In this document: positions 49,301 through 58,495 of the stretch, one piece after another
Layout of the letters: each line of letters starts with the position of its first letter
Numbering within the stretch: the first letter of the stretch is position 1
Origin: Fibrobacteria bacterium
Lineage (GTDB): Bacteria > Fibrobacterota > Fibrobacteria > UBA11236
Length of the DNA stretch: 64,000 bases
Reading direction: 5' to 3'
Assembly: GCA_043745805.1 (NCBI GenBank)
Contig: JAYTSD010000017.1
Location: 160,001 to 224,000, forward strand
Position numbers and translations under genes: made by a program
Notes under the pieces: generated by a model
The model's database searches: none
The model's input: only the letters and a program-made list of their open reading frames with translations
Told to the model about the DNA's origin: nothing

Positions 49301-50649
49301 GCATCATGATAACGGATGAAAAATCCCATCGGAGAATTTGCAGAAAAGTTTAGATCTTGTGCATCACCCGTGCGGTTAATTTGGAATTCGTATTCATAAT
49401 TTCCTGCTGCAAAACGTTTACCCATTGCTGTTTGACCTGCCGCCACATCAGCGATCCAACTTGTTGCCCCCCAATGTTGATCGTTCGCTAGCACAAAAGC
49501 ATTTTCCGTCGCTTTCAATGCATTTTCTTTGCCTGCATCTAGGATATAATTTCGCACCGCACTTGGACTGGTGGCATAACTTTGTTCTTGATAAACGATG
49601 CAAGTATCACCCGCATCATTAGTAGGATCCACTACTTTAAGACCTACATAAATATTTTTATTGGTAACATCTTCCACAGAGTAAAGTGTGGCCGGTAAAG
49701 TATGCCCATTAAAATCTGTTAGCGTGATACTGCGGCGATATGATCCACGCCAAGCATCATCGGGGGTCGTACCACCGGAAATATTGCCATCGATAATAGG
49801 ATTGCCATTGGCATTGAAGGTGGAATAAAAAGTGAGAAAAGATCGTTTCACACCTAAACGTAAATCAGCCCAACCGGGCAATGAATCAGGGCGTGTTTTA
49901 GAACGATTAGTTTCAATCCAGTTATAAGTTTTATTTCCGCCTTGTTCAAAGGCTTCAATATATAACCCTAATTCCTGGTTATTGGTTACATTGAGATAGG
50001 AATTATTATCATTAATGGTATTTCCATTCAAGGGAATTTTATATTCCGCTTGTACAAAGGAAGATCCTAAATTACTTCCCGATCCGCTAAATACGGCTGC
50101 ATTAGTATTGGCTATCCAAGTCGTACCATTATAGGATCCTTCCTCCTTGGTATTATTATTCGGAAATACTTTTGCATAGTATTCTGCATTATTTATTCCG
50201 GCTCCACCACCTTGCAAAAGATCATCATGATTGCCTCCACCTATGCCTTGATCAAAATGTAGGGTAAGGTAATTTCCTACTGCGGAATTGCTTAAGTTAG
50301 TCGTAATACCAACATAGAGATAATTATCATCATTCATTAAATAAAGCGTTGCAAGTGCAGAATCCGCACCACTCGCTGTTTTCAATCGCACTTGGCGTAC
50401 AAAAGCATTTTTCCACTCATCATATTCTACACCGGCAGATCCAAGCGGTGCATTATTGGTTTTGTCCGTAACACTACCGTTAATTTTAGGGGGAACGCTT
50501 GTGTAAGCACTGTATAATTGTAGAGCTTTGCCTTGTCCGTCCGAAATATGTGCAAAAGATGCTGGGGCGAGTATCGCTATACATCCAAAGCTTGCGCATA
50601 ATGTTTTCCGTATCGTGTGATGAAACGTTTTTTTACATCCGCCTGTCAT
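46366..50649 (-). CDS. Giant secreted protein: two DOMON/CBM9-like domains, Ig-like repeats, DDG Ca-type repeat, ZU5-like domain, FlgD-type C-terminal domain
   Basis: PKING/PIIDG...LYVG...EY.I units; PTV...P..G...SG...WNT....G.H repeats; MHDDGLNGDLVAGDNVFS; YGP...FRKPVTLTLSY...VNHFT; NP...YQLP...ILDLAG...WDG...GLYVY. AAGGAGG RBS before ATG 50649. Confidence 0.8.
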   Translation of the reverse strand: MTGGCKKTFHHTIRKTLCASFGCIAILAPASFAHISDGQGKALQLYSAYTSVPPKINGSVTDKTNNAPLGSAGVEYDEWKNAFVRQVRLKTASGADSALATLYLMNDDNYLYVGITTNLSNSAVGNYLTLHFDQGIGGGNHDDLLQGGGAGINNAEYYAKVFPNNNTKEEGSYNGTTWIANTNAAVFSGSGSNLGSSFVQAEYKIPLNGNTINDNNSYLNVTNNQELGLYIEAFEQGGNKTYNWIETNRSKTRPDSLPGWADLRLGVKRSFLTFYSTFNANGNPIIDGNISGGTTPDDAWRGSYRRSITLTDFNGHTLPATLYSVEDVTNKNIYVGLKVVDPTNDAGDTCIVYQEQSYATSPSAVRNYILDAGKENALKATENAFVLANDQHWGATSWIADVAAGQTAMGKRFAAGNYEYEFQINRTGDAQDLNFSANSPMGFFIRYHDAKAGAVADYYWEYSPNSDGVILDNNGGIYSSIGWPELQLGAPYSQVIFPVDDATVEGVVNLRVFAQDNGLAGSGVDSIVSVKYFRASDTTTKIDLTRIARAGEWSGSWNVTNLANGSDTLIFRVTNIRGLALDRLVPLTIGNGSGSSSLPTVSLSTPTPGSTLSGTQTIAFTTTAGSGSITVTEISIDGAAYIATTTTTTHTWNTANLSEGNHTVQIRVTNTAGGQATSQVVSYLIQNGPTVVLTTPIAGSAVSGKVALTYTVTPKGIATIATDSLYVDGKANASLSLAGVDSVVTVAWIDGSHTFQIKSTDNNAKVGWSLLVTVLSKNAPSIRLLTTLADSTVSGQLALLFNASAMAPALVDSTFYALDGGNWRATNTDSTLILDTRALTEGAHQLQLQVRDSNRKTAFSTIVKFNIRNAPTVTINNPTPAALVNGLTTVRFKAKAVAPDVIVKNEIALAGGAWQVASDSTFNWDTRLFKDGAFTLQIRSTDGSGKNGLSSIVSMQIDNSAPKISMPSVRYPDNGSISKKGLPLVISALGLDYIAGLDKDSAMVLYTAKIATTPQTLIMHDDGLNGDLVAGDNVFSTTVNVNNDTSGAILYSLRGRDALGNDTTLQSFVVLDNIAPIAVFNLLPKPVRGADSVHGEVYSEKLVMKGNFSDSGGSGMAFVNLVVLNDSAAHVNNSPNGIPLDQGKFSRIINLVPGKNRILLVTGDRAGNIDTVSGEVTFIEPKVTVLVKPDSAATITSPDGSGVTIPAQSLYHPLEVTVRIVDPIEEPKPLDNQIKLLGVPHEYGPDKTIFRKPVTLTLSYTEADLDKNQDGIPDIDPKTLSIVFWDGSTWVKAGESSRDLINHRVTVTVNHFTLYDLASDIAPLPTKLKVYWNHNPIHQNQPAVFNYQLPAAGKVSLHILDLAGDMAREIIPLQTVKSAGTFSEEWDGQNVSGKFAGAGLYVYVFKYVSDDGKISQLIRKPLGLVKK

Positions 50650-50861
50650 CGACGCCTCCTTATCATTTTTTTTATCTGGACTCAAAACTCATATAGTAAG
50701 CTTATTTGATTTTTGAATTGGAAATGAGATTCTCTAAAATTGATTATCTAATAGATGAATCTCTTATTACTAGGTAAGATTTTAAAATTGGATATTTTTT
50801 TTGATGTAAGTATTACCGAAATAACTATCCTGATTTCCCAATCAAAAAAATATCTATAACA

Positions 50862-50886
50862 ATTGGAAGCAAGGTTGATGCCTAAA
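50862..50886 (-). promoter_or_regulatory. Sigma-54 (-24/-12) promoter of the giant protein / porV-like unit
   Basis: Minus strand TTTAGGCATCAACCTTGCTTCCAAT: GGCA...TTGCT with exact GG-N10-GC spacing; 21/25 identical to 58985-59009. Confidence 0.8.
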
Positions 50887-50943
50887 AGAATTGGGCGAAA
50901 TTTGTTTAATTGAGTCTATATTAAATTCAAGTAAAAAAAAAGA

Positions 50944-50961
50944 TGAGGCTATTTCACCCCA
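50944..50961. promoter_or_regulatory. Candidate activator binding box 1
   Basis: TGAGGC-TATTTC-ACCCCA, variant of TGGGGT-N6-ACCCCA. Confidence 0.65.
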
Positions 50962-51034
50962 CATTCAGTTAGAAATTTCTTTATAAATATTTTAATCCTA
51001 TATAAACCAAGACTTTAGCAAGCCGTAATAATTG

Positions 51035-51052
51035 TGTAGTGATTTGACCCCA
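51035..51052. promoter_or_regulatory. Candidate activator binding box 2
   Basis: TGTAGT-GATTTG-ACCCCA. Confidence 0.6.
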
Positions 51053-51201
51053 AAAGTCTAAACGAATCGACGACTCTTACTCTATAGTATGTTAATCCTC
51101 TGCTTATTTTTTTCTTATAAAGAAATTTATGCCTTCCTCATTATTATTGACCTATTTTTCTCCGGGTTAAAACAGATGTTAAAGGAGCAAGGAACTTGCC
51201 A

Positions 51202-51620
51202 ATGAACAAAGAAAAAATTTAGTCTCTTGGAGCGGAGGCAAGGATAGTAGCCTAGTGCTGCACGAATTAATTCAGTCCGGTAAATATGCGATCGAAGCTC
51301 TGCTTTGCGTAATCAAAGAAAAAGATCAGAGTATTAATATGCATGGAGTACCCGTTGGAAAAGTACTGATGCATTATTCCGAATTGGGTATAAATAAAAC
51401 AGCCTATGGAGATTTGTTTTTAGAAGCTCTTCCACCAAGTATTGATCGTTGAGGAGAGAATAGGGAATTTCATCCCTTTGTTTTTAATGGCCCGCTCTTT
51501 AAAAATCCCGTAGGTTTCCAAGCGGCTGCTTCGGTTTTGCAACACTTCCGTGACGGAGCTCATGAATTTCTTTTAGGGTTTTGCGATCTAATACCATTAG
51601 AATTTAATACCGTATCTTAG
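51202..51620 (+). pseudogene. Decayed Dph6/MJ0570-like ATP pyrophosphatase (PP-loop) gene
   Basis: ATG 51202 reads MNKEKI*, then a frameshift into LVSWSGGKDS...MHGV...AYGDLFLE; in-frame TGA at 51450; continues GENREFHPFVFNGPLFKNPV...FCDLIP; much shorter than intact members. Confidence 0.8.
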
Positions 51621-51752
51621 TAGTTACCTTCTCTTCAATGGAAATGCAAAAAATTTGCGGGCAATGTTTGCAAAGCGAAATAGAAAATGATAAATTTGGC
51701 TGAACCTCAGGATGCTTTTTGCAATGGTTAACTGGATTGGAAATAGCGTAAA

Positions 51753-53582
51753 TTATTTGCGATAATCGTCGGCGCGTAAATCCGCTTCTTCCATTAATTT
51801 CATCAGCCATTTGCGATCTACATCCAACATTTTAGCAGCTAGCGAAACATTGCCAGCAGTTTTACCTAGCGCCTCTGCAATCGCCTTTTTATCTGCTTGC
51901 TGTCGAACTTCTTTTAAGGTCGTCTGGCCAAAGCCATTTTCGGTAGGAGCATCTCCCCAATCCCATTGCAAATCCTCTGGGCGAATTTGTTGTGTATTGG
52001 AAAAGAGCACAGCCTTTTGCATAATATTTTCAAGCTCGCGAATATTACCGGGAAACCTATAGGTCAATAATTTATTACGTGCTGCAACAGAAAAGGTTTT
52101 AAGAGGTAAACCGAACTGTTGCAGATATTTTTTGAGCAGATAATCGGCCAAGAGCAAAATATCCTGACCACGCTCACGCAGAGGGGGAAGTAGCAAGCCC
52201 AAAACCGATAAACGGAAAAACAAATCTTGCCGAAAGCGCCCTTCCTGAATTTCTTTGGACAAATCCCTATGGGTAGCACAAACGATACGTACGTCCACGG
52301 TTATGGGCTTCGTGCTGCCTATGCGCGTCACTTCGCCTTCTTGTAATACCCTTAACATTTTCACTTGCAAAGAAAGAGGTAGTTCGCCTATTTCATCCAA
52401 AAATAAAGTGCCTTGATGCGCGGATTCAAAAAGACCGACTTTGCGTTGATCGGCACCGGTAAACGATCCTTTTTCATGCCCGAATAATTCTGATTCAATA
52501 AGATTAGCCGGTATAGCGCCACAGTTAAGAGCAACAAAGGTTTTATCCATGCGTTTGGAATTTTCATGCACATAGCGTGCTAGTAATTCCTTTCCCGTTC
52601 CCGTTTCTCCTCGAATAAGCACCGTTGCATCGGTTTTAGCGATGCGTGCGGCTAACTCCATCATCCCTAGCATGGCGGGACTGGCGTAAATCATTCCGCC
52701 CTTTGATTCCATACTCACCTTTTGCAAGCGTTCTATGGTTTCCTTTTGCCTTTGCGCTTCCCCATGGCGGGATAAAATTTCTCCGAAAAGTTTACTCAAG
52801 GTATCACAAAGTAAACGTTCTTTTTCGGTAAAAGGAATGCCGCCACCCAACCTATCCATATAAAGATACCCCAAAGTATCCCCGCCTTCGCGCAAGGCCA
52901 CACATAAGATTGAAGCAATATCATTGGTACGCAAAGAGCTTAAAGAGTTTTTGTCTTCCCATTCGCCTTCATGAAGCAATACAGCATGGCTAGAGGCTTT
53001 AGCCCAATCGATAGCTCGATCGGAAAATCTTTCTAAACCGCTATGCATGGGGTAACGTGCAATAGTATGTCGCAATCCATTCGTCTTATCTTCTATCACA
53101 ACCCGAGCCGCATCGCAACGTAACAAACGAGATACTCCAGATACTAAAGGTGTAAATACATCCGCACCTCTTTCTCGCAACAATTCCACTAAGGCTTCGA
53201 TTAACTCCCCTAGAGGAGCTGACATTTCATCATGATTTATAGGGCTTTCCCCTATTGGAAAGGTATCCGTTTCATTTATAGGCTTATCTAGGTAATGGTA
53301 ACGTGATATTCCTAATTCCAAGTGATCGCCATGCACAAGTGCTAAGGCTTCAGTAACTTTGACTCCATTACATTTGATAACGCTATCCGCAGTAACTACT
53401 TGTAAAAAATATTTACCTTCCCGAAACAAAAAATGTCCCATTCTCTCTTTTAGCCCTTTTCCTTGCAATTGTAAATTGCAATCCCTGGAAGTGCCAAAAG
53501 TAATCAGGCGACCAGAAAGCACAAAGTCAGCCTCTCCATTTTCCAATTTAAGCAATGGATATTGATGGGTTGGCATAATCAA
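51753..53582 (-). CDS. Sigma-54 enhancer-binding protein, FHA-GAF-AAA+-HTH
   Basis: FHA-like N-terminus (NGVKV...LVHGDHLELG), GAF, GETGTGKE, ESELFGHEKGSFTGA, LFLDEIGE, FPGNIRELEN, Fis-type HTH GNVSLAAKMLDV. Confidence 0.92.
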   Translation of the reverse strand: MIMPTHQYPLLKLENGEADFVLSGRLITFGTSRDCNLQLQGKGLKERMGHFLFREGKYFLQVVTADSVIKCNGVKVTEALALVHGDHLELGISRYHYLDKPINETDTFPIGESPINHDEMSAPLGELIEALVELLRERGADVFTPLVSGVSRLLRCDAARVVIEDKTNGLRHTIARYPMHSGLERFSDRAIDWAKASSHAVLLHEGEWEDKNSLSSLRTNDIASILCVALREGGDTLGYLYMDRLGGGIPFTEKERLLCDTLSKLFGEILSRHGEAQRQKETIERLQKVSMESKGGMIYASPAMLGMMELAARIAKTDATVLIRGETGTGKELLARYVHENSKRMDKTFVALNCGAIPANLIESELFGHEKGSFTGADQRKVGLFESAHQGTLFLDEIGELPLSLQVKMLRVLQEGEVTRIGSTKPITVDVRIVCATHRDLSKEIQEGRFRQDLFFRLSVLGLLLPPLRERGQDILLLADYLLKKYLQQFGLPLKTFSVAARNKLLTYRFPGNIRELENIMQKAVLFSNTQQIRPEDLQWDWGDAPTENGFGQTTLKEVRQQADKKAIAEALGKTAGNVSLAAKMLDVDRKWLMKLMEEADLRADDYRK

Positions 53583-54949
53583 TTCAAGTCTTTCGATGAT
53601 CTTTGTGCAAGCATACTGAAAGTTTTTCTTTGAAAAGGAAGCAATGACATTTTCTCTATTTGCAAATCATGGCCCATTTTATCGCGACAAAACAAAATGT
53701 GAGTTCCAAAAACAACTGGAATTCCTACACGTGCCGTAGCAGGTATTAATAGTCGTTGATCTATAAATAAACGATCACACGATTCAGGGTTTTCAATATA
53801 AACCCAACCGGAAAGTTGATTTTGCCCGTGCACCATTTCTTTTAATCGCAAACCTTTTGTTAAATGTTCATTTGATTTATGGGGTAACACGAGTAAGACT
53901 CTTGATTCCTTATTTGCAGAAGTTACTGCAAAAGTTCGTACTTTAGCTGATTGTTTACCGAAATAAAAAGCCAAAGCTAAAGCCGACATGAATCCCAATA
54001 ATATTCCCACACTCCATATTTTTTTTATTCGATTCTTGCGTTGCGAAATACTCGGAAATTGCTCCATCATTTTTAATGCTTCGAGTGAATCCGGATTTTC
54101 TTCTAAGCATTCAGAGAGTAACCAATAAGCTTCTTCCTCCCGTTTAGCAAAAAGAAGATTTTTCGTCGCTTGCATAAGATGCACCGATAATTCTTGAGCC
54201 GTGAACTGTCCGATTAATATTTTCCAATCACTAGAATGGCGAGGAGCTAATTTTGTTTCCCATTCAGTCCAAAATTGAAACGCAGATTCCGGCCTCCGTA
54301 AAGGATTGTCAGCCAATAAAGCGGTAATGGGAATTTCCCATTCTGAACCTAGATCCAATTGGCGCAAAATTCTACCCAAAGCAAATAAATCTGCTTTCAT
54401 AAAATTTATAGCATCACGATCTTCCCATAATTCTGGAGCCATATAGGCTGGAGTTCCCTTTACAGCATCCACAATAGATCGTTTACCTCCATCCATTTTT
54501 TTTGCAAAACCAAGGTCTACCAGATAAATACCATCTTTGGGAGATATTAAAATATTTGCTGGCTTTAAATCACGATGGGCAAAGCCCAAACGATGTAAGC
54601 TTGCCAGAGCAGAAATAATCGCGGAAGCCAGTACTGAAGGATCCCATTGTGGTAAATCTTTTTCCAAAATGGAAAAAAGTGAAACGCCCTTAATCCATTC
54701 CATGACGATGCAAACTTGTTGCCCCCAAATGAAAGCATCGTAAATATCTGGAATACATCCCAAGGGCATTTGCGCTTGAATTTTTGCTTCCTTCAATAAC
54801 TCTTCGCGACGTAAAGGATTCTTTTCTGATAAAATTTTAATGGCTACCCATCGATCAAGTGCAGTTTGGCGCACACGATATACTGAAGAAAAAGAACCTT
54901 CCCCTATTGTCATCGGATGCGAAAATCCTTTGGGCAATTTTGGGATCAT
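53579..54949 (-). CDS. Membrane-anchored Hanks-type Ser/Thr protein kinase
   Basis: IGEGSFS, VAIK, HRDLKPAN, DLG, GTPAYMAPE, DLFALG; TPR-like helix, one TM, C-terminal PEGA-like segment. ATG 54949 overlaps the upstream stop. Confidence 0.9.
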   Translation of the reverse strand: MIPKLPKGFSHPMTIGEGSFSSVYRVRQTALDRWVAIKILSEKNPLRREELLKEAKIQAQMPLGCIPDIYDAFIWGQQVCIVMEWIKGVSLFSILEKDLPQWDPSVLASAIISALASLHRLGFAHRDLKPANILISPKDGIYLVDLGFAKKMDGGKRSIVDAVKGTPAYMAPELWEDRDAINFMKADLFALGRILRQLDLGSEWEIPITALLADNPLRRPESAFQFWTEWETKLAPRHSSDWKILIGQFTAQELSVHLMQATKNLLFAKREEEAYWLLSECLEENPDSLEALKMMEQFPSISQRKNRIKKIWSVGILLGFMSALALAFYFGKQSAKVRTFAVTSANKESRVLLVLPHKSNEHLTKGLRLKEMVHGQNQLSGWVYIENPESCDRLFIDQRLLIPATARVGIPVVFGTHILFCRDKMGHDLQIEKMSLLPFQRKTFSMLAQRSSKDLN

Positions 54950-55617
54950 GGATTTTCTCTTAATTTGCTTTCCGCAAAAGCAAACCAATAAATAATATCT
55001 TCATTTTGCGGCATTGCTCGTAAAGCTTTTAACCAGTGATCATGCGCTGGCTTAAATTCACCGGCTTGCCAAAGTATCATGCCTAAATTAAAATGAGCTG
55101 AAGCATCATTACTATCTAGTTGAAGTACTTTTGCAAATAAGTTTTTCGCTTTAGAAACTTCTCCCAGTTTGCCGTAAATTATACCCGCAAGATTTAATGG
55201 TTGAACATTATGCGGTGCACGTTCAGTAGCCTTGGCTAAAGCAGAAAGAGCTGACAAAGTGTCGTTTTGATTCAAGCAAATGCGAGCCTTTTCTGTATAG
55301 ACATCTGCTAATAAACTCGATAAATCTTCCGTTGGATGTAAACTCCTACACGCTTCAAACTGAACTAAAGCATATGCAAATGCTGAACTATCTGCTTCTG
55401 CGGTTGCTTTTTGTAATAATGCTTTACCTAAACCCAGACGTGCCAAATAATCTTCAGGATTTTCTTCTACGGCTCGAATAAAAAATTGTGAAGCTAAAGG
55501 ATAATCTCCTAAATCCAAACAAGCATAGCCTTTTTCTAAAACTGAATTTTGACAACCATTAACGATAAACAAAATGATTAACAAACCATGAAATGTAAGT
55601 TGCTTTATTTGTTTCAT
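54946..55617 (-). CDS. TPR lipoprotein
   Basis: Lipobox VNGC, multiple TPRs (ARLGLG, NLAGIIY, AHFNLG). ATG 55617 in TAATG overlap. Confidence 0.8.
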   Translation of the reverse strand: MKQIKQLTFHGLLIILFIVNGCQNSVLEKGYACLDLGDYPLASQFFIRAVEENPEDYLARLGLGKALLQKATAEADSSAFAYALVQFEACRSLHPTEDLSSLLADVYTEKARICLNQNDTLSALSALAKATERAPHNVQPLNLAGIIYGKLGEVSKAKNLFAKVLQLDSNDASAHFNLGMILWQAGEFKPAHDHWLKALRAMPQNEDIIYWFAFAESKLRENP

Positions 55618-57209
55618 TATGAACCCCAAGACTTATTCCATTTAACCGCCGCAGAATATTCTTTGTGCGGAATCCAAATGGCTGCATCTTGTGACAAGTT
55701 GGACCATGTTCTAAACATATTAAATTCTAAAGTTAGGTAACCCCAATTCATTAAAGAGCGCTTTAAATTAAATCCTATTTGAGCCCGTTGATCGATGCGT
55801 TTTTTAATTTTATGCAAAGCCGACGAGGAACTATAATATTCCTTTATACCACCATTTTCCACTCGCAATAGAGAACTATAATATTTTCCATCTACTTGAT
55901 TCAAAACTAAGCTCCGAAAACTTTGCGCTGCAGTTGAAGAAGCCGATTGCGGTATTTTCGCCTCCAGCCATGTATAGGATTTGGGATAAATTGTCAAAGC
56001 GTAACCGCTATTGATCTCTCCAATCCAATTCCAATATAGTGGGTGCGTATAGGAAAGGTTCGGAAAAATACTGATAAAACTTTGTGGTGAAATGGCAGAA
56101 GAAATGCTTCCAGGATCATTAGTATAGAGTTGATAAGCCGTAATTTTTTGATAGGGAATACTATCTTGAAATTGATTGTCCTTAAAATGAGTCGGACGGG
56201 GCTTTGAAACGTCATCGACATATAAAAGAGGAATTTTTTCAACTGCTTGATCGACTTGTACTCCGAAAAAAGAAAATAACCAAGCAAAGCCTTTCCCTTT
56301 TTGTAAAAAACCATCATGATACCAAGTTAGCCATCCGGAAGTGAAACGCTTATCTCCATGAGAATTATATTCCGATTCAATGCCTGCATTTGCAAGCATA
56401 AGTCTTTCTTCAGAAATATTGAGATAAGATATTTCCGTGCGGTAAGAATAAACATGTCCTATACTTGTTACCTGTCCCATTTGGCCTGCCAGCGTGAGCG
56501 AAAGACTGTCCCAAATATGTTCGACTTTAAATTTTAAATTGATACGATAATCGAGAGAATCATAGTAATAGTTTTTTCCAATTTCATAACCCACTCCGCT
56601 ACTTAAAGGAAAACGCTTGGGAGATAATAGCGGCCATAACAAATTTCCTTGCTGTTTAAAAAGCCAACCCGTCGAATTGAGTCCTTCTGGAGATTGCGAA
56701 AAAGGGTAATCATATGCCGTAAAATAATTTTCTCGATCATAACCTGAACTCCATTTCAAATCCCATTGTGGAATACGGTTTTCTTCAGGAATAAGTTTTT
56801 GTGGCAAGGAATCACGGAGCTGCGCCGCTTCAATCGACAATCCAGCAATACTGTATAATTTATATCGCTGCTGCAAAACCATATTTCGCATAGGTTGGAA
56901 AGCGGGCGTTCGAATCGTCAGATTAAAAGCCATTGCAGTGTCATAGGAACATTTTCCAAAAGCTGCTTCAGCAAGAAAATAGTATAAGCTGTCTAACGAC
57001 ATTCCATGCTGATAAGCCTGCATAAAATAATCTTGTGCCAAATCATTTTGACCCTTTTGTAAAGCTTGTTGACCCAGCTCCAAAACTTTTTCCACCGATT
57101 TGGAATTTTCTGATAAAGGTATAAAGCCAGATTTTTCCGCGTGCGAAATTGTTCCAACAGATAAATAAACCAATAAAAAAAATATCAGTATGCCAGACAT
57201 ACTATTCAT
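55617..57209 (-). CDS. Exported TPR plus probable outer-membrane beta-barrel protein
   Basis: Signal peptide, N-terminal TPR, then aromatic beta strands ending YSAAVKWNKSWGS. Confidence 0.6.
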   Translation of the reverse strand: MNSMSGILIFFLLVYLSVGTISHAEKSGFIPLSENSKSVEKVLELGQQALQKGQNDLAQDYFMQAYQHGMSLDSLYYFLAEAAFGKCSYDTAMAFNLTIRTPAFQPMRNMVLQQRYKLYSIAGLSIEAAQLRDSLPQKLIPEENRIPQWDLKWSSGYDRENYFTAYDYPFSQSPEGLNSTGWLFKQQGNLLWPLLSPKRFPLSSGVGYEIGKNYYYDSLDYRINLKFKVEHIWDSLSLTLAGQMGQVTSIGHVYSYRTEISYLNISEERLMLANAGIESEYNSHGDKRFTSGWLTWYHDGFLQKGKGFAWLFSFFGVQVDQAVEKIPLLYVDDVSKPRPTHFKDNQFQDSIPYQKITAYQLYTNDPGSISSAISPQSFISIFPNLSYTHPLYWNWIGEINSGYALTIYPKSYTWLEAKIPQSASSTAAQSFRSLVLNQVDGKYYSSLLRVENGGIKEYYSSSSALHKIKKRIDQRAQIGFNLKRSLMNWGYLTLEFNMFRTWSNLSQDAAIWIPHKEYSAAVKWNKSWGS

Positions 57210-57305
57210 ATCGAATTTTTAATTGTAATTTTATTTGCTAAGACCAAAGAATCTTTTCTTAAACAATGTGTTACCGTTAAAAAAATACTTATCAAAAGGA
57301 CAAAA

Positions 57306-57995
57306 TTATCTTGGCCGAGAAATAATGTATTGTAATGTCTGTTTCGATTTTCGTATTGGCTGCCCGGTTTGATTTTCCAAAAAATTTAGCTTCCGACCAA
57401 TTAGATTGAATGAGTTACTGGATAACTTTTCACTCGTCAAAAGTGGGGTGCCATGCGGGGCATGAATAGAAACCGTGGCGGTAGAAAACTGTATAGTGGA
57501 AATAATATCTGAATAATAAGTAACATTATTCGCCATATCTGTTGAATCTCCAATTGCATAAATCTCATATCCATAATTTCCATTTGCGGTATAGCGCAAG
57601 TATTCCGAATAAGTCGCGTCGCCGTTTCCAGGATAAAAGATTGAGTAGGCTTCTGGAGCCCAATAAGAATGCAGCTTAACACTTGCGGCGGAGTCATAAA
57701 AGGCAACGGATCCAAAGGGAAAGACAGAATTTTCCACAGCTAACATATAAGCAATAAATTGTGCCTGTGTCCAACTTTCGGCTGTTGGATAAGTGATTTT
57801 GTCGATTGAATATACAACCAAGGATAACTGTGATTTATGGGCTTTTGTTGAATCGCGAAAATAGTGTTGATTGGTTCTAGCCTTAATTTGCACCCAGTTT
57901 GTAGGTAAAATGATGGAATAACCGAGTGAGGCATCGGTGATAGTTTCAGCGAAAATTGAGGTAACAAATAATACCAGTACCACTAAAAATTTCAT
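57306..57995 (-). CDS. Secreted protein, PsbP-like fold possible, short basic C-terminal tail
   Basis: Signal peptide, GYSIILPTNW start, IISTIQF end of domain, tail VSI...FNLIGRK. Confidence 0.55.
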   Translation of the reverse strand: MKFLVVLVLFVTSIFAETITDASLGYSIILPTNWVQIKARTNQHYFRDSTKAHKSQLSLVVYSIDKITYPTAESWTQAQFIAYMLAVENSVFPFGSVAFYDSAASVKLHSYWAPEAYSIFYPGNGDATYSEYLRYTANGNYGYEIYAIGDSTDMANNVTYYSDIISTIQFSTATVSIHAPHGTPLLTSEKLSSNSFNLIGRKLNFLENQTGQPIRKSKQTLQYIISRPR

Positions 57996-58399
57996 TTTTG
58001 TAAATCCTTAAATTCTAATTTACGTTCTTCCTTTCTATTTTCCATATCTGCCATTGCCTTGTCAACTCGATTCTTTACTTCGGGTGGTAAATCTTTTAAT
58101 GCTTCTAGCTTTTTTTCATGGCGTTCTTTTGGTATGCCTTCAGAAGATGATTTCTTTTTTGTTTTTGATGGAGACTCCTTAATCAGAGGAGCTCGAGCAG
58201 AATCTACTTTTGCACGATTGTCTTCAGGAAGTTTTTTTAATATTTCTGCGTATAGTGCATCATACTTTACTTTAGTTGGAATCACAACGGGGGAGTTATT
58301 TTGCTTTTGAGTAATTGAATTATTTTCTGGATCAGCATTTGCAATTATCGCTAAACAAAGTAGGCTGGGTAAAATTTTAAGACAGTCTTGAAATCGCAT
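57992..58399 (-). CDS. Small exported charged helical protein (paralogue of 58496-58915)
   Basis: GAGG RBS before ATG 58399, signal peptide, LPEDNRAKV and LPPEVKNRV repeats. Confidence 0.65.
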   Translation of the reverse strand: MRFQDCLKILPSLLCLAIIANADPENNSITQKQNNSPVVIPTKVKYDALYAEILKKLPEDNRAKVDSARAPLIKESPSKTKKKSSSEGIPKERHEKKLEALKDLPPEVKNRVDKAMADMENRKEERKLEFKDLQK

Positions 58400-58495
58400 G
58401 TTAACCTCATTGTTACTAGAAAAAGGGAGAAATAACTTTCCCTTTTTCATACCTTAAATCAAAGAAGAATTTTAATTCCCTCTAATGCACAAAGC

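Noticed and set aside
51450-51452. In-frame TGA at a position that is Cys in the family (DPCGE): possible selenocysteine
   Set aside because: The same gene has a frameshift, deletions and substitutions in neighbouring conserved residues, so nonsense decay is the simpler explanation
51604-51810. 68-aa minus-strand ORF with CxxC motifs overlapping the activator 3' end
   Set aside because: It overlaps both the activator and the pseudogene end, has no RBS and no recognised family; insufficient support
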